This document shows positions 32,448 through 46,093 of a DNA stretch of 64,000 bases, piece by piece. The DNA is from Escherichia coli (GTDB lineage: Bacteria; Pseudomonadota; Gammaproteobacteria; Enterobacterales; Enterobacteriaceae), in assembly GCF_030013595.1 (NCBI RefSeq), contig NZ_CP122768.1; one strand, 5' to 3'. The first letter of the stretch is position 1; each line of letters opens with the position of its first letter. The notes below the pieces were generated by a model, which did not search any database, was not told the origin of the DNA, and was given only the letters and a program-made list of their open reading frames with translations. A program made the position numbers and the translations under genes.

Positions 32448-35249
32448 TTATTCGACGTTCAGCGCGTCATTAACCAGATCTTGTTGCTGTTTCTGGTGAA
32501 CGGACATATACCCTACCGCCGGAGAGGCGGAGGCCGGGCGGCCTGCATAACGCAGAGAAGCCCCAAACGGAATCACTTCACGGAAATGATGCTGGCTGCA
32601 GTACCATGCGCCCTGGTTGAGCGGCTCTTCCTGGCACCAGACAAAATCCTTGACGTGAGCAAACTGCTGCAACACTTCCTGCATCGCTTTATGCGGGAAC
32701 GGGTAGAGTTGCTCGATACGCACAATGGCGACATCGTGTTGATTGTTCTTACGACGTTGTTCCAGCAGGTCGTAATAAACCTTACCAGAACACATCACTA
32801 CGCGCTTCACGCCCTTCGGATCAAGCTCGTCGATTTCACCGATGGCTGGCAGGAAGGTGCCGTTCGCCAGTTCTTCGAGGCTGGATACCGCCAGCGGATG
32901 ACGCAGCAGGGATTTCGGCGACATCACGACCAGTGGACGACGCATCCCGCGCAACGCCTGACGACGCAGCATGTGGTAAACCTGTGCCGGGGTAGACGGG
33001 ACGCACACCTGCATGTTTTGCTCAGCGCAAAGTTGCAGATAACGTTCCAGACGCGCGGAGGAGTGCTCCGGTCCCTGCCCTTCGTAACCGTGCGGCAGCA
33101 ACATCACCAGGCCACACATCCGGCCCCATTTCTGCTCGCCAGAGGAGATGAACTGGTCGATAACCACCTGAGCACCGTTAGCGAAGTCACCGAACTGTGC
33201 TTCCCAGATAGTCAGAGTGCGTGGTTCTGCGGTGGCATAACCGTATTCAAACGCCAGCACTGCTTCTTCAGACAGTACGGAGTCCCAGACACGGAACGCG
33301 CCCTGGCCGTTATGGATGTGTTGCAGCGGCGTGTAAGTGGAACCGTTAGACTGGTTGTGGATCACCGCGTGGCGGTGGAAGAAGGTACCGCGACCGGAGT
33401 CTTCACCCGACAGGCGAACCGGAATGCCTTCGTCAACCAGCGTGGCGTAAGCGAGGTTTTCCGCGCCGCCCCAGTCGAACAGTTTCTCACCGGCAGCCAT
33501 CGCCTGGCGATCGCCATAAATCTTGGCAACGCGAGACTGCATTTCAACTGCTTCCGGCACCGTGCTGATGCGTTTAGCCAGTTCCTGCAGGCGCTTCATC
33601 TCAACTTTGTTCGGGTACTCTTCGTCCCATTCGTGGTTGAGGTACGGTGACCAGGTGAAAGAGTGCATGTTCATCGGACGCCACTCTGCTACCACGCAAT
33701 CGCCAGCATCCAGCGCATCGCGGTACAGGTTAACCATCTCGGTGGCATCTTCCAGCGTCGCGACTTTTTCTTGCTCCAGCTTGTCAGCGTAGATTTTGCG
33801 CGGCGTCGGATGTTTTTTGATTTTCTGATACATCAGCGGCTGGGTTGCGCTCGGCTCGTCGGCTTCGTTATGGCCATGACGGCGGTAGCACACCAGGTCG
33901 ATGAAGACATCACGTTTAAAGGTGTTACGGAAATCGAGCGCCAGACGGGTCACAAAGGCAACGGCTTCAGGATCATCCGCGTTAACGTGGAAAATCGGTG
34001 CCTGAACCATCTTACCGATATCAGTACAGTACGGCGTCGAACGGGCATCCAGCGGGTTAGAGGTGGTGAAGCCAACCTGGTTGTTGATAACGATACGTAC
34101 CGTACCGCCAACTTCATAGCCACGCGCTTTCGACATGTTCAGGGTTTCCTGAACCACGCCCTGCCCGGTCACTGCGGCGTCACCGTGGATGGTAATTGGC
34201 AGCACTTTGTTGCTGCTCGGCTCATCAAGTCTGTCCAGACGGGCACGAACAGAACCGATAACTACCGGGCTGACAATCTCAAGGTGAGACGGGTTAAACG
34301 CCAGCGCCAGGTGCACCAGGCCGCCATCGGTCTGGAAGTCAGACGAGAAGCCCATGTGGTATTTCACGTCGCCCGTGCCGAGGTGTTCTTTATGTTTACC
34401 GGCAAACTCGTCGAACAAGTCTTGCGGTTTTTTACCCAGCACGTTCACCAGCACGTTCAGACGACCACGGTGCGCCATCCCGAGAACCACTTCGCGGGTG
34501 CCGCTGTTGCCAGCGTGGCGGATCATCTCTTTAAGCATCGGGATTAACGCGTCACCGCCTTCCAGCGAGAAGCGTTTTGCGCCAGGGAATTTTGCGCCGA
34601 GGTAACGTTCAAGGCCTTCAGCGGCGGTCAGTTCGCTTAAGAAGCGTTTTTTCTCTTCGCTATTGAAAGTCGCGCGACCAGACTCGATACGCTGTTGGAT
34701 CCAGCGTTTTTCTTCGGTGCTGGTAATATGCATATACTCGGCACCAATCGGGCCGCAGTAGGTTTGCTTGAGGGCTTCCAGCAGCTCGCCGAGTTTCATG
34801 GTTTCTTTGCCGCTGGCAAATGAACCGACGTTGAAGGTCTCCTGGAAGTCTGCTTCGGTCAGATCGTGGAAAGACGGATCCAGATCGGCCACTTTATCTT
34901 GCTGCCACAGTCCCAGCGGATCGAGATTCGCATGCTGGTGACCACGGAAGCGGTATGCGTTAATGAGCTGCAGGACTTTAACCTGCTTCACATTGGTGTC
35001 AGGGTCGGAGATCGTTGAAGAGTAACGTGAAGCGTCTTTCGCCAGGCGGCGGAAATATTCACGCGTTTGAGAGTGGAATTGATCCGGTTTGACTCCCGTA
35101 CCAGGTAACTGCTGGAACGTCGAACGCCAGTTAGCGTCAACCGAGTCAGGATCGGTTAAGAAGTCTTCATAGAGCTGTTCTATCCAGCTCTGGTTTGCGC
35201 CAGAGAGGTAAGAAGAGTCCAACCAGGCTTTCAAAGCGCTGTTCTGCAT
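32448..35249 (-). CDS. sucA: 2-oxoglutarate dehydrogenase E1
   Basis: 933 aa. Confidence 0.97.
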   Translation of the reverse strand: MQNSALKAWLDSSYLSGANQSWIEQLYEDFLTDPDSVDANWRSTFQQLPGTGVKPDQFHSQTREYFRRLAKDASRYSSTISDPDTNVKQVKVLQLINAYRFRGHQHANLDPLGLWQQDKVADLDPSFHDLTEADFQETFNVGSFASGKETMKLGELLEALKQTYCGPIGAEYMHITSTEEKRWIQQRIESGRATFNSEEKKRFLSELTAAEGLERYLGAKFPGAKRFSLEGGDALIPMLKEMIRHAGNSGTREVVLGMAHRGRLNVLVNVLGKKPQDLFDEFAGKHKEHLGTGDVKYHMGFSSDFQTDGGLVHLALAFNPSHLEIVSPVVIGSVRARLDRLDEPSSNKVLPITIHGDAAVTGQGVVQETLNMSKARGYEVGGTVRIVINNQVGFTTSNPLDARSTPYCTDIGKMVQAPIFHVNADDPEAVAFVTRLALDFRNTFKRDVFIDLVCYRRHGHNEADEPSATQPLMYQKIKKHPTPRKIYADKLEQEKVATLEDATEMVNLYRDALDAGDCVVAEWRPMNMHSFTWSPYLNHEWDEEYPNKVEMKRLQELAKRISTVPEAVEMQSRVAKIYGDRQAMAAGEKLFDWGGAENLAYATLVDEGIPVRLSGEDSGRGTFFHRHAVIHNQSNGSTYTPLQHIHNGQGAFRVWDSVLSEEAVLAFEYGYATAEPRTLTIWEAQFGDFANGAQVVIDQFISSGEQKWGRMCGLVMLLPHGYEGQGPEHSSARLERYLQLCAEQNMQVCVPSTPAQVYHMLRRQALRGMRRPLVVMSPKSLLRHPLAVSSLEELANGTFLPAIGEIDELDPKGVKRVVMCSGKVYYDLLEQRRKNNQHDVAIVRIEQLYPFPHKAMQEVLQQFAHVKDFVWCQEEPLNQGAWYCSQHHFREVIPFGASLRYAGRPASASPAVGYMSVHQKQQQDLVNDALNVE

Positions 35250-35449
35250 CGTGATCCCTTAAGCATCTTTTTTATGCTTACTTCGCCGTGGATACTACCA
35301 CGCACAGTGATGTGCGTGCCGGGGTTCACTTGCGAGCTCTTGTCTACGTAGTGGCTCGCGAAGGAACCTTTAAAAACTGTCTTAGTGTCAGGGGCAGTTT
35401 TTAAAGATATCCTGAATAGCCGGGGGATTACCCCGGCATCAACATTTAA

Positions 35450-36166
35450 TTACGCATTACGTTGCAACAACATCGACTTGATATGGCCGATGGCGCGCGT
35501 CGGGTTCAGCCCCTTCGGACATACACTGACGCAGTTCATGATGCTGTGACAGCGGAATACACTGAATGCATCGCTCAAACCGTCGAGGCGGCTGTCAGTC
35601 TCGGTATCACGGCTATCGATCAGGAAACGATATGCCGCTAACAAGCCTGCCGGGCCGATAAACTTATCGGGATTCCACCAGAAAGACGGACAAGAGGTTG
35701 AACAACATGCGCAGAGAATACATTCATACAGCCCGTCGAGTTTTTCGCGCTGCTCTGGCATCTGTAAATGCTCGCGAGCTGGCGGATTTTGTCCATTATT
35801 CAACAGGTAAGGCTTAATTTTCTCATATTGCGCATAGAATTGTCCCATGTCTACCACCAAATCGCGGATCACCGGTAAACCTGGCAGCGGGCGAATCACA
35901 ATCTTCTTGCCCGGCTGGTTGAGTGCCGAAATCGGGGTAATACAGGCCAGACCATTCTTGCCGTTCATGTTCAGACCGTCGGAACCGCACACACCTTCAC
36001 GACAGGAGCGACGGAACGACAGGCTGGGATCTTTCTCTTTCAGCTGGATAAGCGCATCCAGCAGCATCATGTCGCGACCTTCTTCCGCTTCCAGGGTGTA
36101 ATCCTGCATACGCGGAGCATCATCAACATCCGGGTTATAGCGATAAATTGAAAACTCGAGTCTCAT
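35450..36166 (-). CDS. sdhB: succinate dehydrogenase iron-sulfur subunit
   Basis: 238 aa with three Cys clusters. Confidence 0.97.
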   Translation of the reverse strand: MRLEFSIYRYNPDVDDAPRMQDYTLEAEEGRDMMLLDALIQLKEKDPSLSFRRSCREGVCGSDGLNMNGKNGLACITPISALNQPGKKIVIRPLPGLPVIRDLVVDMGQFYAQYEKIKPYLLNNGQNPPAREHLQMPEQREKLDGLYECILCACCSTSCPSFWWNPDKFIGPAGLLAAYRFLIDSRDTETDSRLDGLSDAFSVFRCHSIMNCVSVCPKGLNPTRAIGHIKSMLLQRNA

Positions 36167-36181
36167 TTTCCTGTCTCCGCA

Positions 36182-37948
36182 TTAGTAAGTACGAATCTTC
36201 GGCGGGAATGCCGGGCGCAGTTTCGGTTCCATGTTGACGCTTCGGCGCGTCATGGATTCCGACTCTGGCAGATACAGGGAGTGGCACAGCCAGTTTTCAT
36301 CATCACGATCCGGGAAGTCGAAGCGGCTATGCGCGCCGCGGCTTTCGGTACGGAAGTTGGCAGAAACAGCCGTTGCATACGCCGTTTCCATCAGGTTATC
36401 CAGTTCCAGGCACTCAACACGCTGGGTGTTGAACTCGCTGGAAGTGTCATCCAGACGGGCATTTTTCAGACGCTCACGGATCACTTTCAACTGCTCAAGC
36501 CCTTTCGCCATCGCATCACCTTCACGGAAGACCGAGAAGTTATGCTGCATACATTCTTGCAGTGCTTTACGGATCGCCACCGGATCTTCACCGTTACGGT
36601 TGTTGTTCCAGCGGTTCAGGCGATCCAGAGACGCTTCTACATCAGACTCGCTGGCATCGCGCAGTGCGCCCTGCTCGGCGATAGACTCTTGCAGATGCAG
36701 ACCCGCTGCGCGACCAAAGACCACCAGGTCCAGCAGCGAGTTGCCGCCCAGACGGTTAGCGCCGTGTACCGATACACAAGCGATTTCACCAACGGCAAAC
36801 AGCCCCGGAACAACCACATCTTCGCCTTTCTCATTCACGGTCAGCGCCTGACCGGTCACTTTGGTCGGAATACCGCCCATCATGTAGTGACAGGTTGGGA
36901 TAACCGGGATCGGCTCTTTCACCGGATCAACGTGAGCGAAGGTACGGGAGAGTTCCAGAATACCCGGCAGACGGGATTCGAGAACTTCTTTACCCAGGTG
37001 GTCAAGTTTCAGTTTCGCGTGTGGCCCCCACGGACCATCACAGCCGCGACCTTCACGGATTTCAATCATGATGGAACGCGCCACCACGTCACGGCCCGCC
37101 AGGTCTTTGGCGTTCGGCGCATAACGCTCCATAAAGCGTTCGCCATGTTTGTTCAGCAGATAACCGCCTTCACCACGGCAACCTTCGGTGACCAGTACGC
37201 CCGCTCCTGCAATGCCGGTCGGGTGGAACTGCCACATTTCCATATCCTGCACTGGTACGCCTGCACGGATAGCCATGCCGACGCCGTCGCCAGTGTTAAT
37301 GTGGGCGTTGGTAGTGGACTGATAAATACGCCCTGCCCCGCCAGTCGCCAGCACGGTAGCGCGGGCTTTGAAATAAACCACTTCACCAGTTTCGATGCAC
37401 AGTGCGGTACAACCGACCACCGCGCCATCCTGGTTTTTCACCAGATCCAGCGCATACCACTCGGAGAAAATGGTGGTGTGGTTTTTCAGGTTCTGCTGAT
37501 AAAGGGTGTGCAACAGTGCGTGACCGGTACGGTCAGCAGCCGCCGCAGTACGTGCCGCCTGCTCGCCGCCGAAGTTTTTCGACTGACCGCCAAACGGACG
37601 TTGATAGATACGACCATCATCAAGACGCGAGAACGGCAGACCCATATGTTCCAGTTCCAGAATCGCTTCCGGCCCGGTTTTACACATATATTCAATCGCG
37701 TCCTGGTCACCGATATAGTCCGAACCTTTTACGGTGTCGTACATATGCCATTCCCAGTTATCTTCATGGGTATTACCCAGCGCAACGGTAATGCCGCCTT
37801 GCGCAGAAACGGTATGGGAACGGGTCGGGAAGACTTTAGAGAGCAGCGCACAGGTCTGACCGCTCTGGGAAATTTGCAGCGCCGCGCGCATACCTGCGCC
37901 ACCGGCACCAATCACAACTGCATCAAATTCTCTGACTGGCAATTTCAT
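36182..37948 (-). CDS. sdhA: succinate dehydrogenase flavoprotein subunit
   Basis: 588 aa from [19 protein letters not shown] (FAD-binding motif). Confidence 0.97.
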   Translation of the reverse strand: MKLPVREFDAVVIGAGGAGMRAALQISQSGQTCALLSKVFPTRSHTVSAQGGITVALGNTHEDNWEWHMYDTVKGSDYIGDQDAIEYMCKTGPEAILELEHMGLPFSRLDDGRIYQRPFGGQSKNFGGEQAARTAAAADRTGHALLHTLYQQNLKNHTTIFSEWYALDLVKNQDGAVVGCTALCIETGEVVYFKARATVLATGGAGRIYQSTTNAHINTGDGVGMAIRAGVPVQDMEMWQFHPTGIAGAGVLVTEGCRGEGGYLLNKHGERFMERYAPNAKDLAGRDVVARSIMIEIREGRGCDGPWGPHAKLKLDHLGKEVLESRLPGILELSRTFAHVDPVKEPIPVIPTCHYMMGGIPTKVTGQALTVNEKGEDVVVPGLFAVGEIACVSVHGANRLGGNSLLDLVVFGRAAGLHLQESIAEQGALRDASESDVEASLDRLNRWNNNRNGEDPVAIRKALQECMQHNFSVFREGDAMAKGLEQLKVIRERLKNARLDDTSSEFNTQRVECLELDNLMETAYATAVSANFRTESRGAHSRFDFPDRDDENWLCHSLYLPESESMTRRSVNMEPKLRPAFPPKIRTY

Positions 37949-38295
37949 CACACACCCCACACCACAACGAATCCATAAATCACGTAAACCACCAGAGCAA
38001 CGACAATCACCAGTTGCAGCATCAGGCGCAAGGCCAGCGGTTTAACGTAGTCGGTCAACACCTGCCACATGCCGATCCAGGCATGGATCAAGATAGAAAA
38101 CAGCGCCAGCAGGGTGAACACTTTGGTGAACGCAGAGGCGAAGAAACCGATCCAGACTTCATATGTCAGCTCGCCACTGGTAGCGAAAAAACCGACCATA
38201 TAAATGATGTAGAGCGTCAGGACGATAGCGGTAGCGCGAACGAGGATGAAATCATGTACGCCATTGCGTCCTAATGCGGAGGCGTTGCTTACCAT
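37948..38295 (-). CDS. sdhD: succinate dehydrogenase membrane anchor subunit
   Basis: 115 aa hydrophobic. Confidence 0.95.
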
Positions 38296-38678
38296 ACGAG
38301 GACTCCTGCGAGAAGTGAAAGCACGACAGTAATAACAAAGGAGATTTTGGCGGAGCGTTTACCCGCTTCGAATGTTTCTTCCAGATAGCCAAAATCCATC
38401 ATCATGTGGCGAATACCTACGACGACGTGATACGCCAGAGCGGTAAGGATGCCCCACATGATAAATTTGACGAAGAAGCTGCCCATAATCGCGGAAGCTT
38501 GCTCGAAACCTTCAGGGGAAGAGAGGCTGGTACCCAGAAGCCACAGCAGGATGCCCACTGCAACAAAGGTGATCACACCGGAAACGCGATGGAGAATGGA
38601 CGCTATCGCCGTGATGGGGAACCGGATGGTCTGTAGGTCCAGATTAACAGGTCTTTGTTTTTTCACATTTCTTATCAT
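38289..38678 (-). CDS. sdhC: succinate dehydrogenase cytochrome b556 subunit
   Basis: 129 aa from [15 protein letters not shown]. Confidence 0.94.
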
Positions 38679-39386
38679 GAATAACGCCCACATGCTGTTC
38701 TTATTATTCCCTGGGGACTACGGGCACAGAGGTTAACTTTCTGTTACCTGGAGACGTCGGGATTTCCTTCCTCCGGTCTGCTTGCGGGTCAGACAGCGTC
38801 CTTTCTATAACTGCGCGTCATGCAAAACACTGCTTCCAGATGCGAAAACGACACGTTACAACGCTGGGTGGCTCGGGATTGCAGGGTGTTCCGGAGACCT
38901 GGCGGCAGTATAGGCCGTTCACAAAATCATTACAATTAACCTACATATAGTTTGTCGGGTTTTATCCTGAACAGTGATCCAGGTCACGATAACAACATTT
39001 ATTTAATTTTTAACCATCTAATTTGACAATCATTCAACAAAGTTGTTACAAACATTACCAGGAAAAGCATATAATGCGTAAAAGTTATGAAGTCGGTATT
39101 TCACCTAAGATTAACTTATGTAACAGTGTGGAAGTATTGACCAATTCATTCGGGACAGTTATTAGTGGTAGACAAGTTTAATAATTCGGATTGCTAAGTA
39201 CTTGATTCGCCATTTATTCGTCATCAATGGATCCTTTACCTGCAAGCGCCCAGAGCTCTGTACCCAGGTTTTCCCCTCTTTCACAGAGCGGCGAGCCAAA
39301 TAACAAACGGGTAAAGCCAGGTTGATGTGCGAAGGCAAATTTAAGTTCCGGCAGTCTTACGCAATAAGGCGCTAAGGAGACCTTAA

Positions 39387-40670
39387 ATGGCTGATACAAA
39401 AGCAAAACTCACCCTCAACGGGGACACAGCTGTTGAACTGGATGTGCTGAAAGGCACGCTGGGTCAAGATGTTATTGATATCCGTACTCTCGGTTCAAAA
39501 GGTGTGTTCACCTTTGACCCAGGCTTCACTTCAACCGCATCCTGCGAATCTAAAATTACTTTTATTGATGGTGATGAAGGTATTTTGCTGCACCGCGGTT
39601 TCCCGATCGATCAGCTGGCGACCGATTCTAACTACCTGGAAGTTTGTTACATCCTGCTGAATGGTGAAAAACCGACTCAGGAACAGTATGACGAATTTAA
39701 AACTACGGTGACCCGTCATACCATGATCCACGAGCAGATTACCCGTCTGTTCCATGCTTTCCGTCGCGACTCGCATCCAATGGCAGTCATGTGTGGTATT
39801 ACCGGCGCGCTGGCGGCGTTCTATCACGACTCGCTGGATGTTAACAATCCTCGTCATCGTGAAATTGCCGCGTTCCGCCTGCTGTCGAAAATGCCGACCA
39901 TGGCCGCGATGTGTTACAAGTATTCCATTGGTCAGCCATTTGTTTACCCGCGCAACGATCTCTCCTATGCCGGTAACTTCCTGAATATGATGTTCTCCAC
40001 GCCGTGCGAACCGTATGAAGTTAATCCGATTCTGGAACGTGCTATGGACCGTATTCTGATCCTGCACGCTGACCATGAACAGAACGCCTCTACCTCCACC
40101 GTGCGTACCGCTGGCTCTTCGGGGGCGAACCCGTTTGCCTGTATCGCAGCAGGTATTGCTTCACTGTGGGGACCTGCGCACGGTGGTGCTAACGAAGCGG
40201 CGCTGAAAATGCTGGAAGAAATCAGCTCCGTTAAACACATTCCGGAATTTGTTCGTCGTGCGAAAGATAAAAATGATTCTTTCCGCCTGATGGGCTTCGG
40301 GCACCGCGTGTACAAAAATTACGACCCGCGCGCCACCGTAATGCGTGAAACCTGCCATGAAGTGCTGAAAGAGCTGGGGACCAAAGATGACCTGCTGGAA
40401 GTGGCTATGGAGCTGGAAAACATCGCGCTGAACGATCCGTACTTTATCGAGAAGAAATTGTACCCGAACGTCGACTTCTACTCTGGTATCATCCTGAAAG
40501 CGATGGGTATTCCGTCTTCCATGTTCACCGTCATTTTCGCAATGGCACGTACCGTTGGCTGGATCGCCCACTGGAGCGAAATGCACAGTGACGGTATGAA
40601 GATTGCCCGTCCGCGTCAACTGTATACAGGATATGAAAAACGTGACTTTAAAAGCGATATCAAGCGTTAA
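39387..40670 (+). CDS. gltA: citrate synthase
   Basis: 427 aa, canonical type II citrate synthase. Confidence 0.97.
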   Translation: MADTKAKLTLNGDTAVELDVLKGTLGQDVIDIRTLGSKGVFTFDPGFTSTASCESKITFIDGDEGILLHRGFPIDQLATDSNYLEVCYILLNGEKPTQEQYDEFKTTVTRHTMIHEQITRLFHAFRRDSHPMAVMCGITGALAAFYHDSLDVNNPRHREIAAFRLLSKMPTMAAMCYKYSIGQPFVYPRNDLSYAGNFLNMMFSTPCEPYEVNPILERAMDRILILHADHEQNASTSTVRTAGSSGANPFACIAAGIASLWGPAHGGANEAALKMLEEISSVKHIPEFVRRAKDKNDSFRLMGFGHRVYKNYDPRATVMRETCHEVLKELGTKDDLLEVAMELENIALNDPYFIEKKLYPNVDFYSGIILKAMGIPSSMFTVIFAMARTVGWIAHWSEMHSDGMKIARPRQLYTGYEKRDFKSDIKR

Positions 40671-40698
40671 TGGTTGATTGCTAAGCCGTTTACTTTCC

Positions 40699-40731
40699 GA
40701 ACCCGCCTTTAATAGAGCGGGTTCTTTTTTA
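40699..40731 (+). terminator. intrinsic terminator of gltA
   Basis: GAACCCGC-loop-GCGGGTTC followed by TTTTTT. Confidence 0.75.
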
Positions 40732-41059
40732 TATGGCTGAACATAAAAAATTGTAAAAATTAAACCAGATGCAAATACCCATTAATAAGGTGAGAAAATG
40801 TGACAAGTCACATACTGAGCAGAATGATAAGTTTATTTTTATACTTCCCTGCCGGTAGCATTATTAACTCAATGAAAATTATGCATATCCATCCCATTCC
40901 ATCCTTCATCTCATTAAACAATAAATTTATGCACTCAATTATTCCATTCTTTATATAACAAGCTTTTTAATATTGTTAAATAAAACCAAATACATTCAAC
41001 TGTCAGTTAATATATTCTTGCCTCGCAACACTCTATCTCATTATTTAAAGGACTCAGCT

Positions 41060-41626
41060 ATGTTTAAAGGACAAAAAACATTGGCCGCACTGGCCGTATC
41101 TCTGCTGTTCACTGCACCTGTTTATGCGGCTGATGAAGGATCCGGTGAAATTCACTTTAAAGGTGAAGTTATTGAAGCACCGTGTGAAATACATCAGGAT
41201 GATATTGATAAAGAGGTTGAACTCGGTCAGGTGACCACCAGCCACATTAATCAGTCGCATCACAGCGATGCCGTTGCTGTCGACCTGCGCTTAGTCAACT
41301 GCGATCTGGAAAACTCCAACAACGGTTCCGGCGGCAAGATTTCTAAAGTTGCAGTCACCTTTGACAGCTCAGCGAAAACCACCGGCGCAGATCCGATTCT
41401 CAACAACACCAGCACGGGTGAAGCGACCGGTGTCGGCGTGCGTTTAATGAATAAAGATCAAAGCAATATCGTTTTAGGCACCGCTACTCCAGATATCGAC
41501 CTGGCACCAACCTCCAGCGAACAAACGTTAAATTTCTTTGCGTGGATGGAACAAATTGATCAGGCTACGCCCGTAACACCAGGCGCAGTTACGGCGAATG
41601 CGACCTACGTACTGGATTATAAATAA
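41060..41626 (+). CDS. ybgD: fimbrial major subunit (chaperone-usher pilin)
   Basis: 188 aa from MFKGQKTLAALAVSLLFTAPVYA (signal peptide); pilin-like with conserved Cys pair. Confidence 0.8.
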   Translation: MFKGQKTLAALAVSLLFTAPVYAADEGSGEIHFKGEVIEAPCEIHQDDIDKEVELGQVTTSHINQSHHSDAVAVDLRLVNCDLENSNNGSGGKISKVAVTFDSSAKTTGADPILNNTSTGEATGVGVRLMNKDQSNIVLGTATPDIDLAPTSSEQTLNFFAWMEQIDQATPVTPGAVTANATYVLDYK

Positions 41627-41676
41627 GTATCACTTTGGCGGCGTCATCGCCGCCTTTCTTCAAATATTTATCAGGT

Positions 41677-44136
41677 ATGGACACCGTGAATATTTATCGA
41701 CTCTCTTTTATATCCTGCCTGGTCATGGCGATACCTTCCGCATTGGCGGTCGAATTCAACCTGAATGTCCTCGATAAATCGATGCGAGATCGCATTGATA
41801 TTTCATTATTAAAGGAAAAAGGGGGCATTGCTCCCGGTGAATATTTTGTTAGCGTTGCGGTGAATAACAACCAAATCAGTAATGGGCAAAAAATCAACTG
41901 GCAAAAAAATGGTGACAAAACCATTCCATGCATCAATGATTCACTGGTCGATAAATTTGGTTTAAAACCAGATATCCGTCAGTCCTTGCCACAGATAGGT
42001 CGGTGTATTGATTTCAGTTCCCGACCTGAAATGCTCTTCAATTTCGATCAAGCCAATCAGCAACTGAATATTAGTATTCCGCAAGCCTGGCTGGCGTGGC
42101 ACTCAGATAACTGGACTCCCCCCTCAACATGGAAAGAAGGTGTCGCCGGCGTCCTGATGGACTACAACCTGTTTGCCAGCAGCTACCGCCCACAGGACGG
42201 CAGCAGCAGCACTAATCTGAATGCCTACGGAACAGCCGGAATTAACGCGGGAGCATGGCGTTTACGCAGTGATTACCAATTGAATCAGACCGATAGCGAT
42301 GATAACCATGAACAGTCAGGCGAAATATCACGCACCTATCTTTTTCGTCCATTACCGCAATTAGGTTCAAAATTAACCCTTGGTGAAACGGATTTCAGTT
42401 CCAATATTTTCGACGGCTTTTCTTATACCGGCGCGGCACTGGCAAGTGACGATCGGATGTTACCGTGGGAGCTACGCGGCTACGCCCCACAAATCAGCGG
42501 CATTGCACAAACCAACGCCACCGTCACCGTGAGTCACTCAGGGCGAGTTATTTACCAGAAAAAAGTCCCACCAGGTCCGTTTATCATTGATGACCTTAAT
42601 CAGTCCGTCCAGGGTACGTTGGATGTCAAAGTGACGGAAGAAGATGGTCGGGTGAACAATTTCCAGGTTTCGGCAGCATCGACGCCTTTCCTTACGCGCC
42701 AGGGGCAGGTTCGCTATAAACTTGCTGCCGGTCAGCCGCGAACATCTATGTCTCATCAAACTGAAAATGAAACCTTTTTTAGCAATGAAGTTTCCTGGGG
42801 GATGCTGTCAAATACCTCACTGTACGGCGGCCTGCTGATTTCGGGTGACGACTACCATTCTGCCGCAATGGGTATCGGGCAAAATATGCTCTGGCTTGGT
42901 GCGCTGTCTTTTGATGTCACCTGGGCCAGTAGCCATTTTGATACTCAGCAGGACGAGCGGGGCTTAAGCTACCGTTTTAATTACAGCAAACAAGTGGATG
43001 CCACCGACAGCACGATTTCGCTCGCCGCTTATCGTTTCTCCGATCGTCATTTTCACAGCTACGCCAACTATCTGGATCACAAATACAACGACAGCGATGC
43101 GCAGGACGAAAAACAGACGATCAGCTTATCCGTGGGCCAACCGATTACCCCACTGAACCTCAATCTGTACGCCAACCTGCTGCATCAAACCTGGTGGAAT
43201 GCAGACGCCTCCACGACCGCCAACATCACGGCGGGTTTTAATGTTGATATTGGTAACTGGAGAGATATCTCGATCTCGACGTCATTCAATACAACCCATT
43301 ACGAAGATAAAGATCGCGACAATCAGATTTACCTGTCGATTTCGCTCCCCTTCGGTAACGGGGGGCGGGTCGGTTATGACATGCAAAACAGTAGTCACAG
43401 CACCACGCACCGCATGTCGTGGAATGATACGTTAGATGAACGTAATAGCTGGGGCATGTCTACCGGACTGCAATCCGACCGTCCGGATAATGGAGCCCAG
43501 CTGAGCGGTAACTATCAGCACCTGAGTTCAGCGGGTGAGTGGGATATTTCTGGTACCTATGCCGCCAATGATTACAGTTCCGTCAGCAGCAGCTGGAGCG
43601 GTTCTTTCACGGCAACTCAATATGGTGCGGCGTTCCATCGCCGCAGCTCCACCAATGAACCACGCCTGATGGTCAGCACCGATGGCGTGGCAGATATTCC
43701 GGTTCAGGGCAATCTCGACTACACCAACCATTTTGGCATTGCGGTGGTGCCGTTGATTTCCAGTTACCAGCCTTCCACCGTGGCGGTGAACATGAATGAT
43801 TTACCCGACGGCGTAACAGTGGCAGATAACGTTATCAAAGAAACGTGGATTGAAGGCGCGATAGGTTACAAATCACTGGCTTCCCGTTCCGGTAAAGACG
43901 TTAACGTCATCATTCGCAACGCCAGCGGTCAGTTCCCTCCCCTCGGAGCGGATATCCGCCAGGAGGATAGCGGCATTAGCGTGGGAATGGTTGGCGAGGA
44001 AGGACACGCCTGGTTAAGCGGAGTCGCTGAAAATCAACAATTTACCGTGATCTGGGGTGATAGCCAGCGTTGCTCGATCCATCTTCCTGAACATATGGAA
44101 GACACCGCAAATCGCCTGATTTTACCTTGTCATTAA
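41677..44136 (+). CDS. ybgQ: fimbrial outer-membrane usher
   Basis: about 820 aa with signal peptide; usher family size and composition. Confidence 0.85.
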   Translation: MDTVNIYRLSFISCLVMAIPSALAVEFNLNVLDKSMRDRIDISLLKEKGGIAPGEYFVSVAVNNNQISNGQKINWQKNGDKTIPCINDSLVDKFGLKPDIRQSLPQIGRCIDFSSRPEMLFNFDQANQQLNISIPQAWLAWHSDNWTPPSTWKEGVAGVLMDYNLFASSYRPQDGSSSTNLNAYGTAGINAGAWRLRSDYQLNQTDSDDNHEQSGEISRTYLFRPLPQLGSKLTLGETDFSSNIFDGFSYTGAALASDDRMLPWELRGYAPQISGIAQTNATVTVSHSGRVIYQKKVPPGPFIIDDLNQSVQGTLDVKVTEEDGRVNNFQVSAASTPFLTRQGQVRYKLAAGQPRTSMSHQTENETFFSNEVSWGMLSNTSLYGGLLISGDDYHSAAMGIGQNMLWLGALSFDVTWASSHFDTQQDERGLSYRFNYSKQVDATDSTISLAAYRFSDRHFHSYANYLDHKYNDSDAQDEKQTISLSVGQPITPLNLNLYANLLHQTWWNADASTTANITAGFNVDIGNWRDISISTSFNTTHYEDKDRDNQIYLSISLPFGNGGRVGYDMQNSSHSTTHRMSWNDTLDERNSWGMSTGLQSDRPDNGAQLSGNYQHLSSAGEWDISGTYAANDYSSVSSSWSGSFTATQYGAAFHRRSSTNEPRLMVSTDGVADIPVQGNLDYTNHFGIAVVPLISSYQPSTVAVNMNDLPDGVTVADNVIKETWIEGAIGYKSLASRSGKDVNVIIRNASGQFPPLGADIRQEDSGISVGMVGEEGHAWLSGVAENQQFTVIWGDSQRCSIHLPEHMEDTANRLILPCH

Positions 44137-44151
44137 TTAAGGAAATGAAAA

Positions 44152-44883
44152 ATGACATTTATGAAAGGACTTCCCCTTTTGTTGTTGATTGCCAGTCTGT
44201 GCAGCTACGCTGCGCTACAACCCGATCGCACTCGCATTGTGTTTAACGCTAATGATAAAGCCACCAGCCTACGAGTGGATAATCGTAGCGATAAACTCCC
44301 CTACCTCGCTTATTCCTGGCTCGAAAATGAAAAAGGGGAGAAAAGCGACGATCTTCTGGTCGCCCTGCCACCGATACAACGTCTGGAACCGAAAGCAACA
44401 ACGCAGGTGCGGATAGTCAAGCAAGCCTCGACCGCGAAATTACCGGGCGATCGCGAAACGCTATTTTTCTACAATATGCGTGAAATTCCTCCCTCCCCAG
44501 AAAAAAACAGCGGCCATGCCGTTCTGCAGGTCGCCATCCAGAGTCGTATCAAGGTGTTCTGGAGACCGTCCGCGTTACGCAAGAAAGCAGGAGAAAAAGT
44601 CGAGCTACAGTTACAAGTCAGCCAGCAGGGCAATCAACTTAACTTAAAAAACCCGACCGGCTATTACCTGACAATCGCCTACCTGGGACGAAATGAGCAA
44701 GCTGTTCTCCCGGGCTTCAAAACCGTGATGGTTGCGCCTTTTAGTACAGTAATTACAAACACCGGAAGTTATAGCGGCAGTCAGTTTTATCTCGGTTATA
44801 TGGATGATTACGGCGCGTTACGCATGACGACGCTCAATTGCAACGGACATTGCCGTTTACAAGCAGTGGAGGCGAAGAAATGA
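44152..44883 (+). CDS. ybgP: fimbrial periplasmic chaperone (PapD-like)
   Basis: 243 aa with signal peptide. Confidence 0.85.
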   Translation: MTFMKGLPLLLLIASLCSYAALQPDRTRIVFNANDKATSLRVDNRSDKLPYLAYSWLENEKGEKSDDLLVALPPIQRLEPKATTQVRIVKQASTAKLPGDRETLFFYNMREIPPSPEKNSGHAVLQVAIQSRIKVFWRPSALRKKAGEKVELQLQVSQQGNQLNLKNPTGYYLTIAYLGRNEQAVLPGFKTVMVAPFSTVITNTGSYSGSQFYLGYMDDYGALRMTTLNCNGHCRLQAVEAKK

Positions 44884-45941
44884 GTACTGGCAAAGGATTG
44901 TTGCTCGTCATCTGTCTGTTATTTCTGCCATTGAAGTCTGCGCTAGCGCTGAACTGCTATTTTGGTACTTCCGGCGGAACGGTAGAAAAATCGGAAGCGA
45001 TTCAACCCTTTGCTGTGCCAGGTAATGCCAAACCCGGCGATAAGATCTGGGAATCTGACGATATTAAAATTCCCGTCTATTGTGACAACAATACCAACGG
45101 CAACTTTGAAAGCGAACATGTCTACGCATGGGTAAACCCCTACCCGGGGGTACAGGATCGTTATTATCAACTCGGCGTGACATACAATGGTGTCGATTAC
45201 GATGCCAGTCTGGGGAAAAGCCGCATCGACACCAACCAGTGTATCGACAGTAAGAATATTAACATTTATACCCCTGAGCAGATTATCGCGATGGGCTGGC
45301 AGAACAAAATATGCTCGGGTGACCCCGCTAATATTCACATGTCGCGAACCTTTCTCGCTCGTATGCGGTTATACGTTAAGATTCGCGAAATGCCGCCGCA
45401 TGATTATCAAAGTACGCTTAGCGACTACATCGTCGTGCAATTTGATGGTGCCGGTAGCGTTAACGAAGACCCTACCGCCCAAAACCTGAAATATCATATT
45501 ACTGGTCTGGAAAACATTCGCGTGCTGGATTGCAGCGTCAATTTTTCCATTTCACCGGAAACACAGGTGATTGATTTTGGTAAATTTAATTTGCTGGATA
45601 TTCGTCGCCACACAATGTCGAAAACATTCAGTATTAAGACGACAAAATCACAAAATGACCAGTGCACCGACGGATTTAAGGTCAGCTCTTCGTTTTATAC
45701 CGAAGAAACATTGATTGAAGAGGATAAAGCACTGCTGATTAGTAATGGACTGAAGCTACGTTTGCTGGATGAAAATTCTTCACCCTATACTTTCAACAAA
45801 TACAGCGAATATGCTGATTTCACTAGCGATATGCTGATCTACGAAAAAACCTATACGGCTGAACTTTCGTCCATTCCCGGCACCCCCATCGAAGCGGGTC
45901 CCTTCGATACAGTGGTGCTTTTTAAGATTAACTATAACTAA
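44880..45941 (+). CDS. ybgO: fimbrial-like protein, putative tip adhesin
   Basis: about 353 aa with signal peptide; last gene of the operon, ATGA overlap with the chaperone gene. Confidence 0.75.
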   Translation: MSTGKGLLLVICLLFLPLKSALALNCYFGTSGGTVEKSEAIQPFAVPGNAKPGDKIWESDDIKIPVYCDNNTNGNFESEHVYAWVNPYPGVQDRYYQLGVTYNGVDYDASLGKSRIDTNQCIDSKNINIYTPEQIIAMGWQNKICSGDPANIHMSRTFLARMRLYVKIREMPPHDYQSTLSDYIVVQFDGAGSVNEDPTAQNLKYHITGLENIRVLDCSVNFSISPETQVIDFGKFNLLDIRRHTMSKTFSIKTTKSQNDQCTDGFKVSSSFYTEETLIEEDKALLISNGLKLRLLDENSSPYTFNKYSEYADFTSDMLIYEKTYTAELSSIPGTPIEAGPFDTVVLFKINYN

Positions 45942-46093
45942 TTTATCATGATGCCCTTTGCAGTCAGTAAAGGGCCTCTCTTTCAGAAAATTGCTGATTT
46001 TCCCCTTTTCCTTGATTGCTGTTATTTTTTCCTGGCCCGGCTTTCTTTATGCTGTATCGATACACCAAAGAAAAAATAATGAGGGAACGAAGG

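Noticed and set aside
31123-34547. Plus-strand ORFs of 323, 471 and 294 aa
   Set aside because: Antisense to sucB and sucA, which are strongly conserved on the minus strand; the same applies to 29216-29947 and 30286-31017 opposite sucD and sucC.
36281-37978. 565-aa plus-strand ORF
   Set aside because: Antisense to sdhA; biased composition, no recognisable domain.
39531-40619. Minus-strand ORFs of 181 and 152 aa
   Set aside because: Antisense to gltA.
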